Shown here: positions 1 through 14,469 of the stretch, piece after piece
How the letters are laid out: the number at the start of each line of letters is the position of its first letter
Position numbering within the stretch: position 1 is the stretch's first letter
NCBI RefSeq assembly: GCF_001194135.2
Contig: NC_068991.1
Location: 18,188,765 to 18,252,764, forward strand
DNA from: Octopus bimaculoides
Taxonomy: Eukaryota
Direction of reading: 5' to 3'
DNA: 64,000 bases
Translations under genes and position numbers: made by a program
The notes under the pieces: generated by a model
What the model was told of the DNA's origin: nothing
Databases searched by the model: none
The model's input: the letters and a program-made list of their open reading frames with translations, nothing else

Positions 1-233
1 TCTCTTTCTGTCTGTCTCCTTTTCTGATTTTGCGGCCTTGGGCCTAATCATTATTATCAGCAATATAAAAATCAGATATGCGCAGAGTCTAGCTACTGAT
101 ATACGTACGCGTGTATGTGCGTGTGTACACATACGTATGTACTTTTAAGTAAGTAGACGAAAGAAAAAAGACAAAAAAGCAGTAACGACAAATTATGACT
201 GCTCGAGTATCCCCCCCTCCCCCTACCTTTTTC

Positions 234-380
234 TCATTCCTTGACACGAATTCTCTCGTTTCCAATTTCTATTTGCCAGTGCGTGTATGTGGTATATATA
301 TATAATATATATATATCACATACACGCACACACGTTATATACATTAATATGTATATACACATATCTATATGCATAAACAT

Positions 381-416
<36 letters not shown>

Positions 417-431
417 CACACATTATATACA

Positions 432-472
<41 letters not shown>

Positions 473-576
473 CTATATGCATAAACATACAATATATATA
501 TATACATACGCATATACACGTTATATACATTAATATATATATACACATATCTATATGCATAAACATACAATATATA

Positions 577-616
<40 letters not shown>
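234..616. repeat. Compound TA/CA minisatellite, about three imperfect units, running into an N-gap
   Basis: The unit core 'cacgttatatacattaatat...tatacacatatctatatgcataaacatacaatatatatata' recurs about three times. Confidence 0.8.
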
Positions 617-1462
617 NNNNNNNNNNNNNNNNNNNNNNNNNNNNNNNNNNNNNNNNNNNNNNNNNNNNNNNNNNNNNNNNNNNNNNNNNNNNNNNNNNNN
701 NNNNNNNNNNNNNNNNNNNNNNNNNNNNNNNNNNNNNNNNNNNNNNNNNNNNNNNNNNNNNNNNNNNNNNNNNNNNNNNNNNNNNNNNNNNNNNNNNNNN
801 NNNNNNNNNNNNNNNNNNNNNNNNNNNNNNNNNNNNNNNNNNNNNNNNNNNNNNNNNNNNNNNNNNNNNNNNNNNNNNNNNNNNNNNNNNNNNNNNNNNN
901 NNNNNNNNNNNNNNNNNNNNNNNNNNNNNNNNNNNNNNNNNNNNNNNNNNNNNNNNNNNNNNNNNNNNNNNNNNNNNNNNNNNNNNNNNNNNNNNNNNNN
1001 NNNNNNNNNNNNNNNNNNNNNNNNNNNNNNNNNNNNNNNNNNNNNNNNNNNNNNNNNNNNNNNNNNNNNNNNNNNNNNNNNNCAGGGTAGGGGTTACTAG
1101 TTCAAAACGTCCCCGTAAACATTGTATTTGGTTCACTTCTTTCGAAGGGTATCCACCATGTTTTGTAGAAGGGTGGTACTTGATTTCAAGAACAGGGCAT
1201 TCATCTTTACGATTATTAACAGGGGCAACAACTATTAAAGAAGGGGGAGGGGGAAAATTAGAAAAAGAGAGAAAGAAACGGAAACCTCCCTTATCCGAAT
1301 ATATGTTAACACTAAAGTCATGGAAAAAAAGTGAAATATTATTTGTGGGGAAATTCAAAATGTGTAATGTTTATAGAATACACACAGAAGTATGGTTATG
1401 TGTTTTACATGTGTGCGTGTACATGTGCACAAAGGCTAGCACAAGATGCATGCGTGTGGTAT

Positions 1463-1506
<44 letters not shown>

Positions 1507-1989
1507 TTATATATATAATATAAAATATCCACGCTGGTACTGAATTGGGTGGTTCCCAATTAGGTTTTTTTTTATGTATGTTTGTACTACTGTATGTGTG
1601 CGTCAAAGAGGGAGGGTGTGTGTGTGGAAAGTGAGAGAGAATATGTATGTGTGAGGAGGGGGAGATAGCACTCTACGCGCGTGCGCACAGAAATGCCAAA
1701 AAAAAAATCTTTCCATTCATACTGCGCATGTTTGTATCAGATAAACTGCTATACATGCTACAATTTAATACGTTGCATGTTTCCTAGAAATAGTGATCAC
1801 ACATAGAAGACTATCACTTCATCTCTCTCTTTCTCTCTCTCTCCACACACAGATTTATCTTCCGTTATTGCAACTTGTAGGTGTATATATATGTGCGTGC
1901 GGGACTGGACGTGTGCGTATTCTGCATGCATCTGTATGCGTGAGTACAGCACACACTGAAATGGATGTGTATGAGATTTCAATGAGCTA

Positions 1990-2037
<48 letters not shown>

Positions 2038-2307
2038 GTGCGCGCGCATACACACATGCACAAGGGAGTGGCATATGTGAATGAATGTGTGTGTAAAGAG
2101 AGTAAACACCATGATATGTTGAAAGCTAATAATGCAAAAGCACCTTATCCTTGCGAATGAATCACATCCCTACCTCGAACCTTAAATAGCTGGGTTTTAG
2201 GAGCCAATTCATTTTAATCTATTCCCGACTACTTCACTTGCAGTGACAAATCCGCTGGGGGAAGGCATTCTTGCTACAACTAACCATTCTCCTCGAAATA
2301 TTATAAC

Positions 2308-2351
<44 letters not shown>

Positions 2352-2509
2352 NNNNNNNNNNNNNNNNNNNNNNNNNNNNNNNNNNNNNNNNNNNNNNNNN
2401 NNNNNNNNNNNNNNNNNNNNNNNNNNNNNNNNNNNNNNNNNNNNNNNNNNNTTTTTGGCTTTTGCAAGGAACGCAACTCGACACCGCAACACCCCCACCA
2501 CCACCACTA

Positions 2510-2742
2510 CTATTACAATGGTAATAATCCTTTCTACTATAGGCACAAAGACTGGAATTTGGAAGGAGGGAGCTAGTCGATTACATCGATCCCAGTGCTC
2601 CGCTAGTATTTATTGTATCTACTCCGAGAGGATGAAACGGCACTGTCGACCTCGTCGGGTTTTGAACTCAGAGCGTAAAGAATCGGAAGGAAAGCCGCTG
2701 TGCATTTTGTCGAACGCTCTGACTATTCAGCCAGCTCGCAGG
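2510..2742 (-). mobile_element. tRNA-derived SINE, type B (CORE-like)
   Basis: Reverse complement of the family seen in arrays at 35-36 and 52 kb (gagctggc...tctgagttcaaa...gtcgac...tttcatcc...ggtcgat...ttgtgcct). CpGs are retained in this copy. Confidence 0.8.
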
Positions 2743-4059
2743 TCGATCGATTCGGCGACCCAAGTACATGACTGATATGCTAACGACTTCCAGAAGATAT
2801 GAAGGACGTCAACTTTGGGCGGAATATGAACTAAAGAACAAAATAATAACTAGACAGTTGAAATATATACAATATTTTAGCCTAGTGCTTCTGTTACTTC
2901 CACTTCTCTCTTGTAGATGATGATGATGATTTGTACGAATTAACGAGGAACTTTCTAGGTGGTGGCTCGACCTACTAGGAGGAGGGCAATCAAATCCTCT
3001 CCAGATCAAACCCAAATTATTCACGTAGTCCTAGTTATATTTACAAATATACATTGAGATCGTCAACGTTCTCTAGAGCTGCAAATGTGGTCTCTGCTGA
3101 GGAGCAGAGGCACTTTATACTAACGATGGAAATAAAAGGGAGAGAAGAGGACTCGACTCGCCTGTTGACCAGAGCTTGGCGTGTCCGCGAGTGACCTCGT
3201 AGGAATCAGTTGGAGGGGGGGGACTTTCTGTGGGGTGTGACTAGAATCGAATCGAAATCTTGACCAGAACAGACTTTTCCATCCTTTCGTTCATGAGGAG
3301 AGGGTGGCAAAATGATTAAGTAATAACGACTATCCCAAGGTGGGTATAATATACAGAAAATACCCGCTTTTCTAAATCCTTGTGATGTTAGCAGTATCAT
3401 ATGTGTGTGTGTGTGTGTATGTGTGTGTGTGTGTGTGTGTGTGAAGGGTACATGCCAGGCAAGTGATTTGATCTGAGACCGTGTGTTGTGTGTGTGTGTG
3501 TATAAGTGTGTTGGTGGGTGGGTGTCCAATAGGGAGCTTGGAAGACCATAGTTCAAATGAGGGCTTAATACATGTACTGGGCAGAGTGATTATTATTATT
3601 ATTATTATTTTATATTTTTTTTTACTGGTAACAAAAGAGCTAACACACGCTCGCGCGCACAAACGCAAGTGGAAATTGGAGAATAAGAGTTGATTCCTAC
3701 CCTGCTTACAACCTCGCCCTGTCGAACAAACTATTTTAGAAATGAATATGTAAAGGATGGTAACCATGCGAAATAGGGAAGAATGTAGAGTAGTATTTAG
3801 GCAGAGAGGGGATGAGGAGGGGCGGAGGAAAAAGAAAGAAAGGGAGCTAAGTGGAGGTGGAGTTAGGGAATGCACGTAGAGTGGAGGCAAATATGTGAAT
3901 GACAAATTGTGATGTGTGCATATGGTGGGAGTGAAGGAGATCAGAGCCATTCCACTACTGTTTTGCGCCTCCAACGTTAGTGTATCTACTATACACACTC
4001 ATATATATGTATTTACACACACACAGAGATACATAGATAGATAGATAGATAGATAGAGT

Positions 4060-4095
<36 letters not shown>

Positions 4096-5329
4096 TTCAC
4101 ATTATTCACATTTTTACACGTGTACATATACACCTGCTTGTTTACACGTGTGTATATGTTTATGTGCGTGCATGCGTCAGTGTGTATTTCTGCGTGTCTT
4201 TACTAAAAATTGTGATAATTTCCAACAGACAATTAACAAAAGGGTCAGACTTGCGCACAGCCAATGGTGCTCTTTTCGTTTTTCCGAAAAAAAAATTCCC
4301 TTATCCCCCCGTACTATTTTACACACACACACACACACAGGGTGAGAGATAAATTTTGTTTTTATGTTTATAGTTCAAGTGTGTGTGTGTTAAAAATACA
4401 AGCATTAAATTACGTTTAATAGAAGGTATATATACAATCGGCATACATACACACACAGAGTATATAATATACAAACACTGAGAGTTCAAGGAGATGCTTC
4501 AGTGTGTACATGCTTACACATGGAGATATTTCAAAGCTCAGATGCAGGAACAAATCTAAAAAAACAGTCGAAACATATCCCTCCCCCTGTGTGTATATAT
4601 ATATATACACACACATCCATACGCACGTTTCAATTTCTAATCAATAGGTGGTATTTACTTTAGAGCTTAAATTACTGTTGCTACTTCGAGTCTCACGATT
4701 CTCCGTTGACCACGTACACACAGCTGAAACATTTGGAGTTTTAATGTACATCGTAACCTCACAAAAAAATAAGCCATGCATATGCGCGCGCGCGCGCGCA
4801 CACACACACACACACACAAACATGTAATCCGAAAGTATTACACGCCTCGCATGTGAATACACATGAATATGAAAACTGCTTAAACTATTTCAATGCAGGT
4901 CTTTCACAGTAGCACTCCACAGAGCAAGCCTGCTACACACAAACACAAGATAATTGTTGTGGCTTAAAACTGGAGGTCAATGCTGATCGAATAGACTTCC
5001 CAAAACTATCTCATCTTTAACAGCATATCCCGAAATCCAATGTGTCCTTTGACTTATTTTTAAATCAGTAGTTTGTTTTGGAAAGGATTTAGCTGCTGTT
5101 TCAAGCAGTTCGAACGACCCCGTCGTGGTTTCCCCCCGTCGGACCGTAAATAGCAAAAGTGGTTTTATTGAAAGCTTTCGATGCATGAGCATACACGCAA
5201 ACAATACACATGCTAAAGACTGCAGATTCTGTTTCTGATGAATACTATTAGTTTAATCACCATTGCTAGCTAGCTTCCTTCACACATCGCGAACCAGTAA
5301 GCACGTACGTACACGCTTTCTCGCAACGA

Positions 5330-5625
5330 AGGCCCTTTCTGTGGTCGCACGACCTTTAGAAATAGCAACTGAATATCCCCCAGATCACACTCTACCGTCT
5401 TTAAAAAGCAAAGTGAAAGCGACACGACATACATAACGCAGTGCGAAATACACTCTTTACAAAAGATGGGGTCGTCTTGGTTGGGACCCTAGCTTAAATA
5501 CGGACAGGGCACAAATAATAGGATCCTTAATACACAGTGCCCAAATAAATCTAAAAAAGATGTGATAGTCACGATTGGAATGCCTTTCAAACGATCAAGG
5601 GTTGACCTGTATTTGAACAACAACA
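5330..5625 (-). mobile_element. Old dispersed repeat family (SINE-like)
   Basis: Shares the 'atttggctgctatttctag..gtcgagcgacc' motif with degenerate copies near 9850, 25080-25270, 28760-28940, 29610-29740, 49710-49800 and 55095-55310. Confidence 0.55.
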
Positions 5626-5933
5626 AACGAGAGAGAGAGACAGAGACAAAGAGAGACAGAGAGAGACAGACAGAGAGAAAGAGAGAGACATATACACAGA
5701 AATAAAGAGAGAGAAAGAGAGAGAGAGAGAGGTATAAATAATTAACGTAAGTGGTGGGGGCTTATAACGAAACGATGGATTCTACCAGATGCCTGTACCG
5801 TCACCACCTCACCGCCGACGCCACACATTTCAATAAGATTAACATTTACAACTATTAATGCGACAAACGATGACGTAGCAACGCCAACAAGTGTACATGT
5901 GTGTGTGTGTGTGTGTGCTTGATGCAAGCTCAT

Positions 5934-5976
<43 letters not shown>

Positions 5977-6207
5977 CGCGTGCGCGTACTGCGTGAGGAG
6001 AAAAGGGATATTTCCCTTCACGCATTTTCTTATGTTTGTTGTTCTTCATACATTTCAGAACTGAGATGTGAAAGCATATTCAACACACGTCACATTGTAT
6101 GGGATCTCTCTCTCTCTCTCTCTCTNNNNNNNNNNAAAACACAACAAAAAAACAAAAAAACAACAAAGTGAGGACGTGATATGGACGCTCAGGAAAGGAA
6201 AGAGAGA

Positions 6208-6245
<38 letters not shown>

Positions 6246-6850
6246 TCGCGCACGCGTCTTAATACGTTTGTGTATACGTATACATAATACTTTTCGACCA
6301 TCCATTCGCTTGCTTCCTTATGTAGGTGTGTGTGTGTGTGTGTGTGTATATGTATATATGTATTTATATTATGTATATGTATGTATGCAGGTGTGTGTGT
6401 GTGTTTGTGTATGTATATATGTATACATGATACACATGTGCTTCATAGTATACACATCAACTAATAAGAAAAAAACAAACAGGTACGTTTCACTGAATAT
6501 ACTCAATAGTTAATTAAAAATTAGAGTTATGACAACAAAGTCTATGTCAAAGAAACAGACCGGAATAGAGGAATCTCGAATATATTCAAACAAAGATACA
6601 CACACACACACACACACTACTGTATATTACCTTAAACAAGGGTATAAGACTATGTTTTAGTGTTTTGGGATGTATCTCGTCAGCCTCAAGGGAATATAAA
6701 CATACATACATACATACATGATGAAATGAAATGAATGGACAGCTGAAAATAATAGCTTTGTTATGTATACATACGTATTAAGGTATGAAGGTATATATAA
6801 ATAATAGAAGACAGATTCACGATGCAACATTGTGAGAGGCATGACGGTTG

Positions 6851-6892
<42 letters not shown>

Positions 6893-8333
6893 CACACATA
6901 CATACAAACACCAGAATTTGGGAACTGCAGCTACTAGCACGAGCGCCGGACTAAAAAGGGGCCACTGCTCATCCGGCCATCCAAAATGGCAGGATCTATA
7001 TAAACATACATTTCTTTAAACTCTATACTTCTGAAGATAGGCCACTGGGCACGAAATATAAAGGCTTTTTAAAACCTTCTCCATTGTTAAAGGCTTCCCT
7101 TATTTCTGATTTCATCTATAATTCTCCTCTCCAAACCATATGTNNNNNNNNNNNNNNNNNNNNNNNNNNNNNNNNNNNNNNNNNNNNNNNNNNNNNNNNN
7201 NNNNNNNNNNNNNNNNNNNNNNNNNNNNNNNNNNNNNNNNNNNNNNNNNNNNNNNNNNNNNNNNNNNNNNNNNNNNNNNNNNNNNNNNNNNNNNNNNNNN
7301 NNNNNNNNNNNNNNNNNNNNNNNNNNNNNNNNNNNNNNNNNNNNNNNNNNNNNNNNNNNNNNNNNNNNNNNNNNNNNNNNNNNNNNNNNNNNNNNNNNNN
7401 NNNNNNNNNNNNNNNNNNNNNNNNNNNNNNNNNNNNNNNNNNNNNNNNNNNNNNNNNNNNNNNNNNNNNNNNNNNNNNNNNNNNNNNNNNNNNNNNNNNN
7501 NNNNNNNNNNNNNNNNNNNNNNNNNNNNNNNNNNNNNNNNNNNNNNNNNNNNNNNNNNNNNNNNNNNNNNNNNNNNNNNNNNNNNNNNNNNNNNNNNNNN
7601 NNNNNNNNNNNNNNNNNNNNNNNNNNNNNNNNNNNNNNNNNNNNNNNNNNNNNNNNNNNNNNNNNNNNNNNNNNNNNNNNNNNNNNNNNNNNTATATATA
7701 ACGGTTATAAAGTTATATAGTATATTATCTTCGTAGCTTAGCCGTCTCTGGAACATTCCTCACCCTAGGGGCAGCTAAATAACTGCAAGTCTTCTTTCAG
7801 ATGCTCTACACTCATCTTGTAAGCAGTAATGAGGTTCATCTCTGAAGTGGTCTACACCTGGCTTGGGATTTCAGGAGCCGTGTATATGTACACCCATCCA
7901 CACATACGCACACAGAAAAAAAAATGTGGTGGCGTGTTGGTAGAATCGTTGGAGCGTCGGATAAAATGCCTGGCGGTATTTGCTCTGGTGCTCAGCGCCT
8001 TGAGATGAAACCAAAGATTTAAAGTAGGCATGGATAACCTTTTTACAAGAAACGGGTTGCATGAAACATCGCTCCATCATTAGGGAATTTTCAAGGTAAT
8101 TTTTCGATGGCGTGCCGTCCAGAAAATCCCGTGGGCCACAGTTTATGCATGAATGGTTTAAAGATTACTTTGTCTTTTACTCTTTACCTGACCGGTTAAT
8201 AAGGTACCAGACCTGGAATGGATCTTTCTTCCTCTCTCTTTCTCTCTCTCATATATATATATTTATATATAAATTGATAGAAAGGACAACAAAAGAAAGA
8301 AAGATATCTCGATATTATGTAAATAGAGGAATT

Positions 8334-8456
8334 TATCTGTAAAAATATGTGACACTTATTCGGTAGCCATGATAAAACTCCGAGTTCCCACCCCAGCATC
8401 CGAAACTCGGAGTTTTATCATGGCTACCGAATAAGTGTCACATATTTTTGCAGATA
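8334..8456. repeat. Near-perfect inverted repeat: 53-bp arms, 17-nt spacer
   Basis: 8334-8386 is the reverse complement of 8404-8456 with one mismatch (G-U compatible). The right arm abuts an N-gap. Confidence 0.9.
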
Positions 8457-8985
8457 NNNNNNNNNNNNNNNNNNNNNNNNNNNNNNNNNNNNNNNNNNNN
8501 NNNNNNNNNNNNNNNNNNNNNNNNNNNNNNNNNNNNNNNNNNNNNNNNNNNNNNNNNNNNNNNNNNNNNNNNNNNNNNNNNNNNNNNNNNNNNNNNNNNN
8601 NNNNNNNNNNNNNNNNNNNNNNNNNNNNNNNNNNNNNNNNNNNNNNNNNNNNNNNNNNNNNNNNNNNNNNNNNNNNNNNNNNNNNNNNNNNNNNNNNNNN
8701 NNNNNNNNNNNNNNNNNNNNNNNNNNNNNNNNNNNNNNNNNNNNNNNNNNNNNNNNNNNNNNNNNNNNNNNNNNNNNNNNNNNNNNNNNNNNNNNNNNNN
8801 NNNNNNNNNNNNNNNNNNNNNNNNNNNNNNNNNNNNNNNNNNNNNNNNNNNNNNNNNNNNNNNNNNNNNNNNNNNNNNNNNNNNNNNNNNNNNNNNNNNN
8901 NNNNNNNNNNNNNNNNNNNNNNNNNNNNNNNNNNNNNNNNNNNNNNNNNNNNNNNNNNNNNNNNNNNNNNNNNNNNNNNNNNNNN

Positions 8986-9016
<31 letters not shown>

Positions 9017-10990
9017 GTATAATTCGGGTGAAAACCTCGTAACGTGCATTTACGAGTTATCCTACAGTGGGGTATATTCCTGGAGTGGATACACATGCGG
9101 AACTCCTCTTTACATAAGATTAATACAAAGATAATATAACACGAGGATGGAGGATAACAGACTTAACAGTATATCACACTTGCGGTGCAGTTTTTACTCA
9201 CACACACAAACAAATTTCGTGTTGTTTTTTTTTATTCAACCTGCCTGGTCAAGTTAACAAAATTTATAAATCTTCTACTCTCAGTATTAAGTCAGTAAAC
9301 TAGCTTTAAAAGAATAATCGTCACGATTTAACACAGATATACACACACACACACACAGCATACAAACACGTATACACACACGCGTGCGTGTCTAAATATA
9401 ATAGGGTGTTACTACTTATGGGGAATACAACAGGGTAGAGCAGTAATATAATACAGCACAATGGATACTCAAATAAAATAGTTACATAAACAGACGTGTG
9501 CACGTTGGTGTGTTTGTGTAGGTACGTGTGTAACATGTACGCATATCTCCTTACCTTTATATACACACGTACATATGTGTATAATTATAAGATATGTAGA
9601 TTGGCATGTATTTTATTTACCCCCCCCCTCTCTCTCTCTCTCTCGATATATATATATATATACACACACACATACATACACAAATATTTGACTGTTGAGC
9701 TGTATGTATATTACTTTATATTGTATATCCCATTATAAGCAGCCCCTCATATATAGAGAGAGAAAAAGGGGGAGAGAAGGAGAGAGAGAGGAAGAGAAGG
9801 GAGGGAGAGAGCGTAACAGACGGGTTAATGAGTGAATCTATGGTCACAGGACCTGCTAGAAATAGCAACCCAATACCCCTCATATCACATCTCTCCACCT
9901 TAATATAAAAGGACGAGATTGTTCGTTTGGCAATATATACGAATAAAGTACGAAACAGCTATGACTTGACTGCCTTCATTCATAGGTTTTCATAATCAAT
10001 GTTAAACGATGATTCAACATCGCCTTAACATTTTTCATATACAGTACATCTATTACATAATGCAATCTCTACTTCCAATTTTTAAAACACTGTGTACTGT
10101 GAGAGAGATGTAGCTGTTTTTCAAGTAGATCGTGCAACGCTGTAGAAGTTGCTTTAGCAATGTGTTAAAAGTAGTGAGATAATCTGAAGTAATCAGGCTG
10201 TGTGCGTGCGTGTGTGTGTGTATGTGTGCGCGCGGATGCGTGTGTTTAAATACTCTCCGAAATAACCATTTTAATGGCTTCAAGGAAGCTCTGAGATAAT
10301 GTACAATCACTCAGCTCTGAGCACACTGCTTCTTATAGCAGAAACAACTGTAAGCTAATAAAGTTGATTATGGTCTGTGAATGAAAGGAATGGATTTATA
10401 TATGAAAAGTTATGTACTACATATGTTTCGAAAAGATGCAGCAAACAGGTTTTACATAATTATTCAGCGTTTTTTTTTATCAGGTACTAGCAGCCTGTCA
10501 CTTCATCTCCTGTTATCTATAGAAGCCTCGTCTATGATTGAGGCTAACCAACTGCTTCTAACCATGACCAAGTGGACCTCACTAATATCATCAACATCAT
10601 CATCATTAAAGGTCCGGTTTCCATACTGGCATAGTCTGGACAGTTTGACAGGAACTGGCAAGTCAGAGGACTTTATCATGCTCTATTGCCTGCTTTGGTT
10701 CTGTATCTATGGTTGGATGCCCTTCTTAGCACCATTTTACAGAGTGTACCAGGTGCTTTTTACTTGGCACCAATATATTCTATTCCTTGTTTCATAATCA
10801 CTTGATAGCACTTTGTTAGAAACCGTCTCCCTTTCTCTTTTCTTTGAATGAAAAGTCTATCAAGAAAGTGAAAAATAAAGTAAAAGTACACACAGTCATT
10901 CAAATGCAAGCAACAAGTATACCATGTACCTATAGTTATATATAGATGTGTGTGTACATACATTGCATCTTGAGATGATCATTTTGCAGC

Positions 10991-11400
10991 AGGAGTGGCT
11001 GTGTGGTAAGTAGCTTGCTCACCAACCACATGGTTCGGGTTCAGTCACACTGCGTGGCACCTTGGGCAAGTGTCTTCTACTATAGCCTCGGGCTGACCAA
11101 AGCCTTGTGAGTGGATTTGGTAGAGGGAAACTGAAAGAAGCCTGTCGTATATATGTATATATATATATATATGTGTATGTGTGTGTTTGTGTGTCTGTGT
11201 TTGTCCTCTCCAACATCGCTTGACAACCGGTGCTGGTGTGTTTATGTCCCCATAACTTAGCGGTTCGGCAAAAGAGAGACTGATAGAATAAGTACTAGGC
11301 TTCAAAAAGAATAAGTCCTGGGATCGATTTGCTCGACTAAAGGTGGTGCTCCAGCATGGCCGCAGTCAAATGACTGAAACAAGTAAAAGAGTAAAAGAGA
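10991..11400 (+). mobile_element. tRNA-headed SINE, type A, full length
   Basis: Head aggagtggctgtgtggtaag...ggttcagtc, body ccttgggcaagtgtcttctactatagcc, internal (TA)/(TG) tract, tail gaaacaagtaaaagagtaaaaga. Nearly identical copies at 22.3, 42.7, 54.3 and 61.6 kb. Confidence 0.9.
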
Positions 11401-11623
11401 AAATACATGCACATGTATTTCACTTCTTTTAATAATTATCAGTTGACTAGTTGACTAATTAGATACTCATTTGCTGTTCCATCATTTCATCAATCCATCA
11501 GGTGATCTGTCAAAGTCCTTTCATTGCAGCCTGCGATCTTGTCAATGACATACCCTCATCTGCTCTTATGTCACAAGCTAATTTCTCTTTATTTTTCCTT
11601 TGCATTTATGTTTGATATTTCTG

Positions 11624-11662
<39 letters not shown>

Positions 11663-12409
11663 TGTGTGTGTTGTTTATTCAGCTATGTCAGTTTGTTGTT
11701 CAATGATGTTGAACCTTTGATACTGTCAATTGTTTCTACAGAACTATTTATCTTATGGTACATAAATTCCTTCATACATATATACACACACTCAAGCAAA
11801 CACACACACAGAGAAACATACACATTCATACATATACATGGTGAGATTTTGTGGTAAAAGACTGGATGACGTGTGTGAATGAATTTAGATAAGCATGTGA
11901 AATATTTCAATACAGTCGTAGACTGTGACCAATTGACTCTGGCAAAACAACTGGTTAATCCATCAAATGATCGATGAAGCAGCTGATTAGTAACATTACT
12001 AGTTTCACTGGAAACAATGAAATCAAAGGAAAAACAACCTGCGCATGTGTTTATAATGGCAAAATGACCCTCCCAGTGTACAGCATCATTTTCAATACTC
12101 AGTTTCACAGCAAGAATCTTGTACGTCTGTGTGTGTGTGTATGCAAATGACTGAGTAACCCAACACATTGTGCCCTTATGTAATCTTCGAGTAGAACCAC
12201 AAACCACAGAGGCAGAATGCTTAAACAAATATGATCGGCTTTGATACTATTTCTGTTGAACAAACTTCATATACATTCTGTCAAACCAAGATGATGTAGA
12301 AAGAGGGCACATAGCTAAGACCTAAGACAGCAAGACAACAAAATGAACTTCATAACGCTTACATCAATACACGCACACTTGTATCTATTATCTATGTGTG
12401 TATCATACT

Positions 12410-12785
12410 TATATATATACGTGCATACATAAACATGAGTTTGTGTGGCTGTGGGGTAAGAAACTTGCTCCCCATTCACAAAGTTTCAAGTTCAGTCTTG
12501 GTAGATGGAAACTGAATGAAACCCGTCATATATGTGAGTATGTATGTGTCTTTGTGTCCGTGTTTGTCCCCAACCACCGCACCGCTTGACAACGGTGCTG
12601 GTGTGTTTACGTCCTTGTAACTTACCAGTTTGGCAAAAGAGGTTTATAGAATAAGTACCCGGCCTTAAAAAAAAAAAAAGTACAGTGGTGGGGTCAATCC
12701 ATTTGACTAAAAGAATTTCTCCAAGACAGTACCCCAACATGGCTGTAGTCTAATGACTGAAACAAGTAAAAGATAAAAGATATTA
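12410..12785 (+). mobile_element. SINE type A, older internally deleted copy
   Basis: Degenerate head plus the same 3' tail (gcttgacaac..gctggtgtgtttacgtcc...gactgaaacaagtaaaagataaaaga). Confidence 0.75.
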
Positions 12786-13388
12786 TACACAAACATAATA
12801 TAAACACATATACATACATATGCATATACACACATTACACATATATATACATACACACACACACAAATACATACACACACACACACACACACAAGATATA
12901 CAGTTATCACTCACAAGCTTAATATGATTGGGTAGCACATATGCTTTCTGTAATAGATTTAGGTAACTATATAGTCTTGAGCAGACACAGACATTCTCTC
13001 AGCCCTCCCACTCCTTGACAAAAGCCGAATATGAATGATGTGACAAAGCTGCACCAACAACAGGCTGGCACTCACTTTCAACTGAATAATAGAAGGATGT
13101 GAAATGAAGCAACTTGCTCAAGGACTTAATGCAACATCCAGTCAAGGAATCAAGCTTGTGGCCCATTATTATTAGCTGAACATACTAACCACAAGAATAC
13201 ATACAACCCGCCACACACACACATATATGGCTATATGCCTGGATTCACCAACATGAGTTTGTCCAACCCATGCCAGCATGGCAAATGGACATTAAATGAT
13301 GATGATACATACACTATATATGCACACATGCCTCAGTATAAACAGCTTTTGTGGTACAAACCAATAAGAACCTACCATGAAAAATAGA

Positions 13389-13432
<44 letters not shown>

Positions 13433-14469
13433 ACTTATTAGTTGTAAAGCCAAATATAAAAATATACACATATCTACATACAGACATACATACATACACA
13501 AACTACAGCTAATGAGAGAGTCTTGACTGACTCCCAAATCTCCATAGGAATACAAACTGTTTGGAAAGAAAAAGCAAAAAGTGGAGCTTTATGGACAAAG
13601 TTCAATGCCTTTAGTCAGAAACCTAACCCATCAGGCCAAGCCTGAGGTACAACAAGGCTACAAACACCAGTGTTTTGGCTATTACATACTATGTTTGTGT
13701 GTGTATGTGTCTGAGAAGTTAACTGTAGTAGCTTTGTTCAGTCTTCATGAATAAAAGCAATTCACCAAGTAAATTAGTCATTATATAAAATTAATTAAGT
13801 CAATTGCATTCTTCTTTCAAAGCAGTTCCACATGCAACACCCAATACCAATTTTGAACATACAGACACACATGTTTGTGTGTGTTGGCACACACACACAA
13901 CACATCCATACATACATACACAGATGTAGACATATATAAGCATATATAAACATATATGTACACATGTATAGACATCTATATATATATATAATGCACAACA
14001 ACATAAATCAGAAGAACTGAAATAAACTTTAATATTACAAAGCCTTACTGTGAGTGAACTAAGAATGTAAGCACATTCCTTCCATGCCACTTGTGTGCAG
14101 AAAAAATAGAAAGAGGGTGTCTGTTGATGTACTAGTCTGCAGTTTTCTGACAGCTTTTCAGAAAACATGCCAGCTTCTTCCCTCAATCAAAGCACACATC
14201 AGCTACTGTATAAAATAATTGTAAATTAGGCTAGCACATTAGTGAATAGTCTAATTTGCATATTTGTACTTTTGATGGCTCATCTATATATATACACACA
14301 CACCTACACTTCTCTCTCTCTCCCTATATATATATATATATATNNNNNNNNNNATATATGCAAAGCTAAAATGTGCGATGGTGACAAAGTTATGTGAAAG
14401 CTTAATAATACTTGTGCCTCATAAATGGATGAAATGAAAAATGTATAATTAACATGAATAAATGAAAAA

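Noticed and set aside
2940-3200. Minus-strand ctcagcagagaccacatttgcagctctagagaacgtt as a hammerhead
   Set aside because: Too many core substitutions to support; it may be a very old repeat relic.
9025-9075. GAAA followed by a CTCGTAA/TTACGAG hairpin as a hammerhead
   Set aside because: No CUGANGA in a compatible position.
234-9096. Long ORFs such as 432-1358, 7084-7701, 8356-9096 (also 19387-19862, 26656-27374, 50039-50848)
   Set aside because: They are open only because of N-gaps and (TA)n/(CA)n runs, giving YI/HT/CV repeats.
11683-12228. 181-aa minus-strand ORF
   Set aside because: Non-ATG start, crosses (CA)n tracts, and has no recognisable domain.
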